Assembly: GCF_009914755.1 (NCBI RefSeq)
Contig: NC_060942.1
Origin: the human T2T-CHM13v2.0 reference genome, Homo sapiens
Strand: one strand, 5' to 3'
DNA: 64,000 nt
Below are positions 49,219 to 62,867 of this stretch, one piece after another. Within the stretch, counting starts at the first letter, position 1. Every line of letters starts with the position of its first letter. Made by a program: the position numbers and the translations under genes. The notes beneath the pieces are model-generated. The model ran no database searches and had not been told where the DNA came from. It saw nothing but the letters and a program-made list of their open reading frames with translations.

Positions 49219-49519
49219 TCTTTTCATATTTTTTAAAGATGGAGTCTCACTCTGTCGCCCAGGCTGGAGTGCAGTGGCACCATCTCTTGGCTCACTGCAA
49301 CCTCTGACTCCCAGGTTCAAGCGATTCTCCTGCCCCAGCTTCGGAGTAGCTGGGACTATAGGCATGCACCACCATGCCAAGCTAATTTTTGTATTTTTAG
49401 TAGAGATGGGGTTTCGCCATGTTGGCCAGGCTGGTCTCAAACTCCTGGTCTCAAGTGATCCACCCGCCTCAGTCTCCCAAAGTATTGGGATTACAGGCAT
49501 GTGCCACTGTGCCCGGCCA
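49218..49519 (-). mobile_element. AluS (Sx/Sz)
   Basis: Full antisense dimer. Confidence 0.95.
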
Positions 49520-49680
49520 GTATTCTGATATTTAATAAGAGAGACACCTGCTTTTCAAGAATCTCAATGCTTCACATTACAAGATGACTCCTAACTAATC
49601 TAGGCCATTAGACCATTTTTTAATGAAGAAGACAAAAAGTAGTTTCACAACTGACAGTAGAGGGGATAAAAATGATTTGT

Positions 49681-49797
49681 TGAGGCAGGAGAATCGCTTG
49701 AACCCAGGAGGTGGAGGTTTCAGTGAGCCGAGATCGCACCACTGCACTCCAGCCTGGGCATCACAGCAAGACTCTGTCTCAAAAAAAAAAAAAAAAA
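49681..49797 (+). mobile_element. 5'-truncated AluS (right arm end)
   Basis: tgaggcaggagaatcgcttgaacccagg...gtctc followed by A17. Confidence 0.92.
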
Positions 49798-52212
49798 TTG
49801 TTTAGCAGTTCATACAGTGTTCCTGGTGTCCTTGCGTTTTGGAAATGCATAACTAGCCTATGCTCATTGTGAGGCGCTTTTCTGTCACCAGTAATCTCAA
49901 AGTCCACAGATGTCATCTGTGGGATTCCATCAAGGATGAGCTCCTCCTCATCACTTAAAACAGCCATATCTCTATGTCACTGCTACCATGCTACTCAACC
50001 GATGTTTAGCACACAAAATACACCCGTTACCATACAGAAGCCTCTCTCTGAATTAAAATTTCCCTTTGCCCCTGATAATTTATTGACTGTCATGCACAGC
50101 TATGAGATGCTATTTCTCTAGAATAAGTGTTAGGGCATCGCTACATTGAAACTCCCTTATATTTTTTGCACTGCAGCACTCAAGCATTGATTGATAACTA
50201 GATATGGAACATGGTAGTTTGGCACAGAAGTATTAAAAGCAGTATCAAGAGCTAAATACATTTGAGGTTAAGAATGAATACCATTTGAGGTGAAGAATAA
50301 AGTTTTAGACACTCTTTTACTACCACATAACAATACCAAAATAAGAAAATTTAATCAAGAATTAAAAGAAGGGGAAAAGAAATATAAGAAAAGGGAAATA
50401 TAAGAAAAGGAAAATATATGTTAATTTATGAGATAAAAGTGTTTACACTCAACTTAGAACAAATCACAAAAAGTAATCGTCACTGGTGTCACTGCCTTGT
50501 CACCCATGTGCATATGTTTCCATGGCAATACCATCTATAAAGTTAATCTATCAGCATTTTTCATGGCACTATCTTGTCCTGTGAGCCCTTAGAGAGATCA
50601 AGGTGGCACTAATATAATTAAATGTAAGAGCTATTTCACGGAGCATCTAGGGATACAGGTGTAGGTATCCTAGGTGTGCCATTTATCCCTGAGTTTATGA
50701 ATAGAGACGTTACCATCATGGAAGAAAAAATGTGTCTGTGTTTGTGTGTGTGTGTGTGTGTACGTGTGTATGTAAGAACACACTGCGCACACACATGCAC
50801 ACATATGTTTGAGTGGGTATATTTTTCCTGAAACAATCTATGTATTGATCAAATTAAACATTTTTATTCCCATGATTTATGTAAAGAAATGGCTGCCTAT
50901 TAATTAAAAAACAAAACAAAACAAAAAACAAAGAAGGAACTAGTGGCACCAACTACCCAGGTTTTTATTTTATACCCTTGATTCTAGATTCAGGTATTAT
51001 ACTTTAAGTATTTCATAAGATGCTAATAACATCTTTAGGACCAAGGCTTGGAGGTTATTCAAAATGAAAAATTAAAAAAAAACCAAATACTTTAGTTAGT
51101 GCTCAAGGTCTTATACAAACAAGCAGAGTGTTCACGGCAGCAAATGTCACTCTATGTCATCAGCATTCCATCCACATATGGGATCATCCCTCCATCCCGC
51201 CCCAGTCCTATTTTCAGAAGCACAGGCGAAACGTTGTTGTCAAACAGTTTTACAACAAGAACAGGATGTATCAGTTCACATTGACTTATTTACTCCCAAA
51301 ATTCCCATTTTAGACACCAGACACAAATTAGCTCAACTGTGTTTTCTACACTAGGAAGATAAAGTTTAATGACACTGAGAACAAAACAATTTGTGATTAG
51401 CTTCTGAATAATTTGTACTGGGTTGTAACTATTTTCTATTATAATAACTAAAACTAAGGTTCAGATTCTATTTTGTTCTCCTTTTTGTACTTATCAGAAT
51501 AAGATAATACAAACTGAACTTTAAGAAATTCTCAATGTATCATTTATTAATTTGGAATTAAAAACAATTTAAAGATAATGCAGTCAACTTAAAGAAAAAA
51601 TAGTGGGAAGAGGTGGGTACCTGGTATTTTTTGAAATAATGATAATATAGTTACATCACTAAAAAGAGAATGCTGACCAGGCAGGTAACAGCAAGGCCAG
51701 GAATGAAGAAATTATTCTAGATTTTCTGAACAATAAGGAATTAATTCCTTGAGAATGCCGCCATCCGAAGAAATTGGCTGTATATTCCTCAATTACAAAG
51801 CTGATAATACAAATTTCAGAAAGACAATCTGATTAACATTTCTACCAAAAGTAAAAGCAATGTGAAAAAGAGTCATGAAGGAAAAGCAAGGTGTTAACCA
51901 CGACGAGAATAAAACATGAAGGAAACTGATGTCTAACCAATGCCTTAATTCCTTGTTACATGTCATGAAACTTTTAAAATAGGGGTATCCGAAAGTTTAA
52001 GGGTTTAACTTTAATGTGAATCATATCCCTTTTGTATATTTTTTAAATTAAGTTACAAATGTTCAAGAGATTATGAAGTGAGAAAAAAAGAAAGCTATTT
52101 ATTCATACTCAGTTTATTTTCTTTAAAAAATATATAACATAATACGATAGTAGATGGGATTCAATAGCAGATAGGATTCGGGACATCAAAATTCAAGAAT
52201 TTATGTCCCATT

Positions 52213-52732
52213 ATCAAAAGCTGTGAAGGGTTTCTGAAGGGTGTGGGTGTTTATCTACTTGCAAGCTAACAGGTCAGCCTGCTAAAGTTTCATGGCTGCT
52301 GATCAAAGACATGGGACCACCACCGGGTCAGAGGTTAAGGCTAGTTTAATACAGCGGAAGTATTAGGCAGAATATCAGCATTTGCACTATTTCCCTGAAT
52401 TCAGCTCTGGCGGAGTAAAGCAAATAGGTTCACATGATATCCTCACCACCCAGTGAGTTGTGTCACAGCACAAGAACCCTGCATTTAGAGAATCCAAATC
52501 TTATAATCAGCAAAAAGTATGTCTGACCTTTGTTCTGGAGGAAAACATTATCTTTATTACACTGGACAGCAAACAAGCCTGTCCTTTACTCTGGAGGGAA
52601 ACACTATCTCTATCTTCCAAGGCTGTTTGCTATACAAAGATGATTAAAAGGTAATCCAGAACAAAAGCAGTCAGTACTTCTTTTTGCAAGACTACAGTTA
52701 ATTGAGACACCCATGGAGAATGGTCTCCCAAC
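52213..52732 (-). mobile_element. MER76-like ERVL solo LTR
   Basis: Reverse complement starts TGTTGGGAGACCATTCTCCATGGGTGTCTC and contains AAACAGCCTTGGAAGATAGAGATAGTGT. Confidence 0.7.
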
Positions 52733-52862
52733 ATTCATTTCCTAAAACTTCTTCAGTCTTGAAAGTGGGATCTTCCTTTCTCCTCTCTATTCCTATAGCA
52801 TCCTATACATACCCTAATCAAGTAAACCTTACACACTCTGTTGCAATTTCCTGTTTCTATGA

Positions 52863-53271
52863 TGTTAAACAAAAATTATAGAGGTCATTATTTGCACTCA
52901 GTCCTTACACTAAGCCCCGACAGAGCTGACCAAACCAAAATGGAGTCACTCATGCTAAATGCCACATAATCAGAGATTATAAGGAAGCAGATAGACCCTG
53001 AAACGGATCAGCTTTTCTTAAAAACAGGCGAATACAGTCTACCGGAGTGAGCATAATGAAGAAGCCCCCTCTGCTTTAATTCTTACAAAAAAGTAACCTA
53101 AAGTAATCTAACTTCACCAATTGGGGGTTTTTATTACTATTATTGTTCTGTTTACTTGTTTCCACCTTACAAAAGCCACTGCTCTGCTATTGCCCAGTGG
53201 GAGCTTTCACTGTATTTTGTAAAAGCCAATTCGATTTGTAACTAAATGTGTTGTAACTTTGTCTTTTGACA
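52863..53271 (+). mobile_element. ERV1 (MER4-group; MER31/MER67/MER93-like) solo LTR
   Basis: TGTTAAACAAAAATTAT...GACCAAACCAAAATGGAGTCACTCATGCTAAA...TTTGTCTTTTGACA. Confidence 0.75.
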
Positions 53272-54605
53272 TTGGTTAAAAACAGCTATCACTATTACTA
53301 CAACTTATCACTCATACCTATCTTCATTATTTTCAGCAAATATTCTAATATAAAGTAACCCCTGCAAATATTTTTGTGTGAATTAATAAAATAATGATTG
53401 ATGGGGTAATACTTGGCAGAAAAGCAAAATAAAACAAAACAATGCCTACATAAACTGGCATTATCCACAGGCAAAAAGGGAATCACTTTTCAAAAGGAAA
53501 TCTTGGTTACTAACAGAAATTTAAACTATAAATTTTGGATAGTGTCAATAGGTATATTTTTAGTAGATAGTCTCCAGTGATAAAAGACAACCACCATTTT
53601 CAATCTCTTTTGATTACAAATATATTAGAAAAGTCTGTGTCCAAAGATGCAAAAGTCTTCAAAGGCAACATTCGACTTCAAAGCAGCACACAATGCACTC
53701 ATAGAGGGTGGCTTCTTGAAGGGTTTTTCCAGTCTTGCCTGAGTTTTTGTAATATAAAACCAGTCTTTTAAAGTTAGTGCATAAAAAGACAAAGTCTCAG
53801 AAAAGAATATAGGCTTTGAAATGCCTCACAAAAGTATTATAATGCTATGCTAGTGGACTATAAAATAGAACTTTCCTGCAAAACTTCTTAAATAAAAAAA
53901 TGATTTCAAAAACTTTGGTGAAAAATTTCAGTAACATCATTTGTTTTTTCTTCCTTTTAGTTTTTAAATACCACAGCAGAAATAGCAAGGCTACTAACAC
54001 CAGCAAGTTTCTACACTGCAAAACTTTGTCAGCAGTAGCCAATCAATGTACTTGAACATCCAAGAGACTTCAGCATATTCCCCAGAGTAAAAGAGCAAGC
54101 AGGGCCACGTGTTTATAAATAAAAATTGCCATTAGCATATTAGTACAATGATAGATTAATTTCATTTTCTATGGTTAAACATATCTACCTCTGCAATATT
54201 ATATTTCCTTATCAATGGCATTTGTCTAAATATTGTACTAGTTATAGCCAAAGATAGAACAATGGCTTAGGGTATTGGGGAGCTTCTTTTCCAGTATCAA
54301 TTGTTATTGGAATGTATAAAAATTGTGCATAATAATTGAAATAATTGTCACCACAAAACTGCACTAACATACAATACAGAAAATGGAGGAGAGTACATTT
54401 GTGAACATTCCCATGCAAATGTACAAAAGTGGTTAGCAAGGACATCCTTGATTTGCTCATAATACACTCATTCCTTTCACCATTGAGTGTGCCCATATTT
54501 CTCTGATTGGAAAGAACTACAGAGGAGGTTTTACTTTTTACTTTCCAGTTTGCTATTAAAGAGAGAAAACTAAAACAGAGAGAAATCAAGCAACTCAAAA
54601 CAACC

Positions 54606-54607
<2 letters not shown>

Positions 54608-54637
<30 letters not shown>
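54608..54637. repeat. (CA)n microsatellite
   Basis: About 15 CA units. Confidence 0.95.
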
Positions 54638-54642
<5 letters not shown>

Positions 54643-54767
54643 AAGATATTTTGTTCACCATATGTATTGATGTGCCTGTTTTCAGTCAATCCACAGGAAG
54701 GGCTAAGGAGAGTGACATCTGGGCTACATTAAAAGAACAGTCACATTGCTCAAAGAACTCAAGTTTA

Positions 54768-55074
54768 GCCCGAGTACAGTAGCTCATGCCTGTAATCCCA
54801 GCCCTTTGGGAGGCCGAGGTGGGTGGATCATGAGGTCAGGAGTTCGAGACAAGTATGACTAATATGGTGAAATCTCGTCTTTACTAAAAATACAAAAATT
54901 AGCCGGGTGTGGTGGTGCGCACCTGTAATCCCAGCTACTCAGGAGGCTGAGGCAGGAGAATCACTTGAACCAGGGTGGTGGAAGGTTGCAGTGATCCGAG
55001 ATCTTTTACACCACTGCACTCCAGCCTGGGCAACAGAGTAAGACTGCATCTCAAAAAAAATAAAAAGTAAAAAT
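54768..55074 (+). mobile_element. AluS (Sg-like)
   Basis: Full dimer; perfect 16-bp TSD aaagaactcaagttta at 54752-54767 and 55075-55090. Confidence 0.95.
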
Positions 55075-55735
55075 AAAGAACTCAAGTTTAAGTTTTAATT
55101 TGTGCTAAAATCTTCCAAGGAGTCTAAGTCTGAGAGCCAAAAGGATATAACTGCAGAATAAACCTCTGCTCCCACAGACATGCTTGTCTCTAGATCAGTA
55201 TGAGACACCAGGCCTGACTTCTCCAATATCTCTGTCTCAGCTGTTATCTAAATATCTTATCCAGTGGCTTTTCCAGAGTCTCCACCAGTTTGTCCTCATA
55301 TCCACAATACATTCTCTTGCATTTAACCTAGCATTCTCAGATTCAGTAACTCCTTTGTCCTCTCACCACTTCCCAAGAACTATCCTTTAAAGCAAATTCA
55401 GCCACTTTTCAGCTTGGCTGTTCCCTCCACATGTTCAAAGAGAATTGATATTGAGACATTATGATTCTGTGGTATGCTTTCTAGCCAGATATAACAGCAG
55501 ACTTCATTTTCCCTTTGTCTTTGCATAAGTGTGCAACGGATCTTAACAGTGTTTGTCAAGTTTTTTTGTTCTGATTTTTCAAGCTGAGTATTGGCAACAG
55601 GTACACCATATAGGCTTGCTTTTTGTTCAAGTATGAATGTGCCTTTTTCCCCAATGTTAAGTTATTTATTGACATTACCAGCAGCTTAATGGTAAGAAGT
55701 AAAATATAAAGATGTGAAAATGGTTGATGGAATAT

Positions 55736-56218
55736 TGTTACCAAAATGGCAAGGTTCTGATGCTCACTGCACAGGGAGCCAATCACTGAGATAATGAGTA
55801 TTTCCAGGCAGGAAGGCTTTAACTGGGTGCTTCAGCTGAGGAGAGCAGATCAGTCTCAAATTGGTCTCCTGACAGACTAAAATTAGGGGTTTATATAACA
55901 GGGAAGAAACGTAACCATGTGTGGGAAAACAGGAACTGGGGAGGGGTTAGAAAGAAGAGTGGATCAATAAGAAGCAGTTGGGCGCTTTGGCCATCATGAT
56001 GGGTAAGGGGTCTGGTTTCTCATTGTCCATATGCGGTGATCTGGTGAGTTTCAGCTCTTTGATATTATCTGGGAGGGCTGATGGTTGGTTTCCTGAGAAA
56101 GGAACTCAGATAAGACAAAGGTAACTTTCTCAAATTTCAAGACTGGGAGGGTCAATTTCTGTGTTTATTCAAAAGAAACCATAAACATTAGTTTTATGGA
56201 ACAATTGGGCCAGTTTAA
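55736..56218 (-). mobile_element. MER66(B)-like ERV1 solo LTR
   Basis: Reverse complement begins (T)TAAACTGGCCCAATTGTTCCATAAAACTAATGTTTATGGTTTCTTTTGAATAAAC; 4-bp TSD ATAT. Confidence 0.8.
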
Positions 56219-59200
56219 ATATCATTCCCATTACGTAGGGGATGAAAACCTTGGCCTCGTCCATTTCTTTGCGTAAACTTTCCAACACAGTTCAAGGTTT
56301 CCATTCCACCAAGAATCATTATAATTATCATTACTGTCATAAAGTTAAGTGTAACATCTTTACTTCCAGAACCATAAATCCTTATTAATAATAATAGCAG
56401 CAGTTGGTCAAGCTAATATAATATTTTAAAATATACTTTTACTCATTTAGTTTGCATGCATGCCCAAGTTTAGAGATTCTACATAATCATTGTCACTGCT
56501 TATCAAAGTTATAAATTAAAAACAAACAGGATAGCAAATAAGTTGTGTATTTCTGTTTCCTCACTCCTCATCAGTATTTTTATACCATTCAAAGAATATG
56601 GTATTATTTTCTTAATCTAAATATTGCTTGTGTGTTTTCCAGGAGTAAAGAATAGATTTTGTATTTTTTTTCAGGGATCCTGAAAACACATTGAAATAGA
56701 AAGTCTATGGGGAAAGTTGTCTTCTGCCTTCAAAATGTGCCTAGGCAAGTCTGTGTTGGAAGCTAGGTTATATTCAAGGACACAGCATCACCTGGAGTTG
56801 CTTTGATGTCAGAGGCCAAGTTAGATGTCCTCACACAGTCGTGAGTAGCCTGTGATCACCAGATCACAGATCTTCCAAATGGATTTGGGGAGTAATTTTT
56901 CTTTTGTTTGAGGATTCGTGACTGCTCTAAAGGGAAAATTTTAGGGTATAAACTGGGGAGCTTATACCTATGTGATTCACTGTGAAGAATCAGGCTAGAC
57001 CAAAACCTTTCATTATTTTTGCACTCAATATGGTTACCAGCTAATCTTACATAGGGACTCAGAAGATAAATAATGAACCATCTGGTGGCAGACATAAATG
57101 TTTTTAATGGAAATATCATTTCTATGTAATAATAAGAAACAATGCTTTGTTTTCTTTTGCTTGTTTCGGTTTTGGTGGTTAATGTTTTCTTGAGAATCTG
57201 TTGTTGCAAAATAACTTCAATAAAAAATTGTGTGCCTAAGTATAATGAGATTATTCCAAAGTAAAGACTACACTTAGACATTGGGGGGCAATAATTAGAA
57301 AGTGGAACATAGAAAACTATAAACAGTTTCATGTAGAACTGTAAGTTTCTCTCGAAACTGGATTTGAATATAAGTAAGCCAAATATAGTGAATGTTTTAC
57401 TGCATGATGCTACCACCAGCAAGATTTAGAAACTGCTGCATTTAATTATTGTTGGTTTTTCTTTGAGAGAAAAGTATGTTTTCTCCTAAGAGAATAACAA
57501 AACACACACATAAAAATGTACAAACAAAAACCTAATACTATCTTGTCTCTGTCATAGGAACACATGCACACACACTTTTAAATAGTATATAAGTAAATGC
57601 ATAAATGCATACATAGACATATGAATACATAATACCTACATAAATACATATACATACATTTATACTACATAACATAGGTAATTCACAAAAAAGAATAAAA
57701 ACTGATTTTGATTCTTATTGTCTTATAAAATAAATTAAGCAAATACACACAAACACACACACCAGAGGAAGAGATATATAAGTCAAATTGGCAGTGTAGG
57801 ACCACAGCTATAATTGGGACACGCTTATGAAAATGAAGGAGCAGAGTGACAGAAGCCAGATTTCAAGAAAGATTTTATTATAAAGCAAGGAATTGGCTGC
57901 AGTGAGGAAGAATGAGCAATAAACCTTGTGGAACAATGGGCAGTCTGATATATTCACAACCTGGCTACTGCTATTTGAACCCTTTCCAACACAGTCGCCT
58001 CAGAAGTGTGTATGCATCTTGGGAAAATAGATAAAGGCAAATCTAAAATAACTGCCTCACTATGATGTCTGACACCACACAGCTCAATACCCTCACTGTG
58101 GAACTCTTTCAATAGAGAGACATAGAGAAAGATAATTATTCTCCTCCTCAATTTGCCATAGCTCTGGTCAGTCTGTGATGTCATGGGGATGGAAAGTCTT
58201 GGTAGGCATAATTGTCAGCAGGGATCTGAACCTATATTTATATCTTTTGCTCAGAACTGTGGAATCAAACAACAGCCTGGTGTCGGGAATTAAACAGCAG
58301 ACAGGTAGCAACAGGTAATCACCTGCTCTGATGCTAGAGGTCATATGGGATTCCCAGAAGCATTGGTAGGGAGAACTTTGAAAATTGCCATTATCCAATG
58401 CAATCTGCTTATTAATTTTAATTGGACTTGGTTAGTTCCTGGAGACTAGTGAAACCTGACTGTTTATGAAGAAGTATTTATGACAGTGCAGAAAGCTACA
58501 AGTAGAGCCCAAAGCCTAATGATTTTCTCTCAGAAATTACTGTCTTTAAAAAATGACTCTGTAATATAAAAGGTGTAATAATGGCATAATATATAAATTT
58601 TCAAAGTTTTATCAAAGTCACTTTGGTGTGTTTTAGTATAGTAGTCTCTTCTTTTAAAACGAAAATGAAACAAGATTAGGAAGTTATGTGAGAACCAAAG
58701 CAAATGATAGATAGAATCTTTTTACTGAAGATTCACTGTTATGTTATGTTAATAGGGTTGTGGCTTAACCATCTTTCATATATTAAGGAACAATACTACT
58801 TAAATCCTATCACTTTGAAATGAATAAATTATGAAACCTTATCATTATAAATTAGAAAAAAACATTAATATGAACATAAATTTAAATGAGCATCAAAAAT
58901 TCACTAAAAAAGAAACCACTTTCAAAGAATAGTTCGCTTTCTTCTTTTCTAAGATTTCAAAAATCAGAAATTCTAGAAACTCCCTAGGTGTTTTTATCTG
59001 AGGAGACTGGCATAATTGAGATGTGTAAAAATGTAAACACAACAAAAATACAACTTTCATGTATGCACACACACACACACACATGCACACACACAAATAA
59101 ACATCAACCCTGACATTCTTTTTTTCATTTTTAAAATTCTGTTAGAATATGAATAACATAAAACTTACCGTCTTAACCATTTTAAGTGTACAGTTCAGTT

Positions 59201-59604
59201 GTATTAAATACATTTATAATGTTGTGCAAGCATTACCACCATCGATCTTCATCTATTTTCAACTTGAAAAATTAAATTCTATACTCATTAAATACCAACT
59301 TTCCAGTACTCCAATCCCTTATGCCCTGGAAACCACCATTCTACTTTTCTTCTGTATGATTTTGACTATTCCCCTCTTATCTGTGGAGGATCTGTTCCAA
59401 GCTCCCCAGTGGATGTCTGAAACTAAGCATAGTACTGAAGCCAATATATAATGTTTTTCCTATACATACATATTTATGATAGAGTTTAATTTATAAATTA
59501 GGAACCATAAGAGATTAACAACAATTACTAGTAATAAAATTGACCACCTGAGTTAAACGGATTACTCGAATGCAAGCATTGTGATACTGTGACAGCTGAT
59601 CTAC

Positions 59605-59762
59605 TTGAGTGGGGAAAGCAGCATAAAAGATAGCTATTGGGTACTGGACTTAATACCTGGGTATTAATGAAATAATATGTACAACAAACCCCTGTGACAC
59701 ACGTTTACCTCTGTAACAAACCTTCACATGTACCCCCAACCTAAAATAAAAGTTAAAAAAAA
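59605..59762 (+). mobile_element. L1PA13-16/L1PB 3' end fragment
   Basis: tgtacaacaaacccctgtgacacacgtttacct...cctaaaataaaagttaaaaaaaa. Confidence 0.85.
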
Positions 59763-59939
59763 GGACGGTTGAACTGATAACCAAGATGGCTGCTAAGTGA
59801 CTAACTAATGGGTGTAGGTAGCATATACAGGGTGGACAAAGACATGATTTGGATCCCAGGAAGAAGGGAACAAGATGATGCAAGATTTGATCAGGCTACT
59901 CAGAACCATGTGCAACTTAAAACTTATTCTGGAACTATC

Positions 59940-60292
59940 TGATATGTTTTGGCAGTATCCCCACCCAAATCTCACCTTGAATTGTCATGATCCCCATGTA
60001 TTAAGCACCGGGCCACGTGGAGATAATTGGATCATGGGAGTAGTTTCCCCCATACTGTTCTTGCGGTAGTGAATAAGTCTCATGAGATCTGATGGTTTTA
60101 TAAATGGGAGTTCTCCTGCATAAGTTCTCTTGCCTGCCACCATGTAAAACGTGACTTTGCTACTCCTTTGCCTTCTGCCATGATTATGAGGCCTCCCCAG
60201 CCATGTGGAAGTGTTAGTTGATTAAACTTTGCTTTATCAATTATCCAGTCTTGGGTATGTCTTTGTTACCAGCATGAGAACAGACTAATACA
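59940..60292 (+). mobile_element. THE1 (B/C) solo LTR
   Basis: TGATATG...CAGACTAATACA; TSD ctatc/ctatg. Confidence 0.92.
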
Positions 60293-62215
60293 CTATGAAT
60301 TTAACATTTTCAGGTCGTAGTTGACCACAGGTAAACAAAACCTCTGAAAGTACAACCACAGATAAGGGGGGATAACTGTCTTCTAATAACTTCACATCAG
60401 TGAAATCATAAAGTATTTGTTCTTCTGTGACTGGCTTGTTTTGCTAAGCATAATGTCCTCAAGGTTCATCCATGTTGTAGTGTGTGTCAGAATTTCCTTC
60501 CTTTAAAGGATGCATAATATTTTATTGTATGTATATATCACATTTTTGCTTTTTCATTCATATTTTCACTTCTGCATTTAGGTCAGAAAAGACTGAGATT
60601 AGAACTTGCAAGAACAAATTTAAATAGATAAAAGATTTATTTTAATTTTTGATAAAAATATTCCTTAGGAATGCTAAATATGAAACAAGGGATGTGTTGT
60701 TGTTTTGCTCATTTATTGGCACTGTTGTTGGGATGCTGCTACCTGTGTTTATTTTGTGATATTAGATTTATAAAAAGCATTATATAGTATTGATGTGTCC
60801 ACAGTGATTTATAAGAAAAAAAGAAACTGAATAGAACACCAGCTCTCTCACCCAAGCTGACCAAAACTTTGTGTGGGGCCATTGAGGATGCCCTTCATAG
60901 ACTGATATTCTTTCTTTATGGAATAGTAGATAATGCACATTCTTCACATGAATAGGAGGACAGGAACTGTTTCAGAAAGTGGATAAAAGGTTACAGAAAT
61001 GTGCCTTGGTAAATAGAAGTGTAGTGATCTGTCCAAAAGTGAGAAGGAAATGAGAATCTAGACTGGGGAAGGCTCTCAATCTCTCTCCCACTGGAGAGAA
61101 GTACGGAAAGCTCTTCAGAGATTATTGTGAAATTGTCTTCTGTTCTTTGTCACAGAAGTAATACTACATCTAGAACTGTATCAAGAGCTCAAGCAGTATT
61201 TATATTTGTTAATAAATGAATAAATGAATACCAAGTTGACATTATATGTAATGTAGTATTACATAATGAATAGCAAACATATATTATATATATACACAAC
61301 ATAGTATATACAGACTGTATAGCATATACATGTATCTATAGTATTAAAGATCTTGTAAAGTTGATATTTTTCAGTTAAATCTATTTAAATTGAATTTATT
61401 CCAAGATTTCTAGAAACAACTGACCCATCTGAAAAAGTACCATAATACTATTCATTATAAATTACTAACGCCTAGGAAGAAGATTTTAATTTCCATTATA
61501 TCCTATATATCTTCCAGATTTTTTGTAATTATTACTTCTATGACATTAACATCCTTTCATAATGTTATATGAAGCATAATAATATAAAAGGCCAGAACTA
61601 GTAGAGTCCACAAAGATCTCGTCCAAACCCTTAATTAACAGTGAAGAAAGTTACATGTCTAAAAAGACCAAATTGTGCAACTGAGTTAAGAATATCAGTA
61701 ATAATAATGAAGAAAAAAACAAGCAGGAAGAAAACGAGGAGGGAATATTTGTGGACAGTACACGCTACATACGGCAGCATTTGCTAAGAACAGCATTTCT
61801 AAGTTCTCCTAATTTTTCAACTACATTAAAAACACTGAATTTTTAAGAAATATTCAGACATGTTCTATTAATAATCTTACAAAGACATTCCTTTAAAAAA
61901 GAGGTCTTCATTTCATTAGAGAAATTAGAGATTTCATTTCTTGCTTCTATTTGTATTCTGCAACAATGCTATCTAACCTGCAGAGAAAGGAGCATCATTA
62001 AGATATTGCCAAATGCAGATTCTTTATGTATTTTGTTAGGATGAAGTTTTCCCCACTTCCTCATGCAACTCCAACAGTAGTCATGAAGCAACCTGAAAGA
62101 CTACTACATTCTTTTTCATCTGTGCTGCCTAAAGGTTTCTGTTTTATTGCTGTTTTGTTTCTAGCCTATTAACCTGCAATTCATTACCTACTATTCTTGT
62201 TTATATTTATATTTG

Positions 62216-62676
62216 CAGTTGCTCCTTGAACAATGTGGGGTTAAGGGTGCTGATCACCCCCTTATGCAGTTCAACATCTGTGTATAAATTTTGAGTTCCC
62301 AAAAACTTAACTACTCATAGCCTACTGTTTACTGGAAGCCTTACCAACAAAACACAGTTAATTGACACATATATTGTATGCTATATGTGTTATGTATTGT
62401 ATTCTTACAATAAAGTAAACATTCTTTTCTCTATCAAAAGTTTAGGGGAAAGAAAATGTTATCAAGAAAACCATAAGGAAAAGAAAATATATTTACTATT
62501 CATTAAGTGGAAGTGGATCATCATAAAAGCCTTCATTCTCTTCGTCATGTTGAGTGAGCTGAGGAGGAGGCTGAAGAGGAGGGGTTGGTGTTGCTGTCTC
62601 AGGGGTAGCAAAGGTGGAAGATCTGCATAGGAGTGGACCTGCACAGCTCAATCCTGTGTTGATCAAAGGTCAACTG
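62216..62676 (-). mobile_element. Tigger2a (MER28) DNA transposon
   Basis: TIRs cagttgctccttgaacaa and gttgatcaaaggtcaactg; about 460 bp; internal aagtggaagtggatcatcataaa. Confidence 0.85.
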
Positions 62677-62867
62677 TACTTTGCATTATGTTTGCTTATA
62701 TTTACTTTAAAATTTTCTATTAGTTTGAATCCAAGTTTAGTTGCTGATGAAAGGACTCAAATATAGTGATTTCAGAAACCAGGTTTATTCTCAAGTAAAG
62801 GAAGTTCAGTGGTAGCTGGTCAAAAGCTGATATTGAAGGAAAACTGTGAAGTCACTAACCAAGGAAT

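Larger units (their letters stand above)
59367..60378 (-). mobile_element. MER44 (Tigger7-derived) DNA transposon containing L1P and THE1 insertions
   Basis: TIRs tattcccctcttatctgtgg and ccacagataagggggggataactg; gtttaatttataaattagg core. Confidence 0.8.
59117..60565 (-). mobile_element. L1MB-like 3' end, split by MER44
   Basis: aaccattttaagtgtacagttcagt...aaccaccattctact...tttgacta, resuming after 60378 with gtgaaatcataaagtatttg...ggttcatccatgttgtag. Confidence 0.85.

Noticed and set aside
56856-57422. Longest ORF (188 aa, minus strand)
   Set aside because: Non-ATG start, composition typical of AT-rich non-coding DNA (rich in F, I, L, S, K), no recognisable domain and no exon context.
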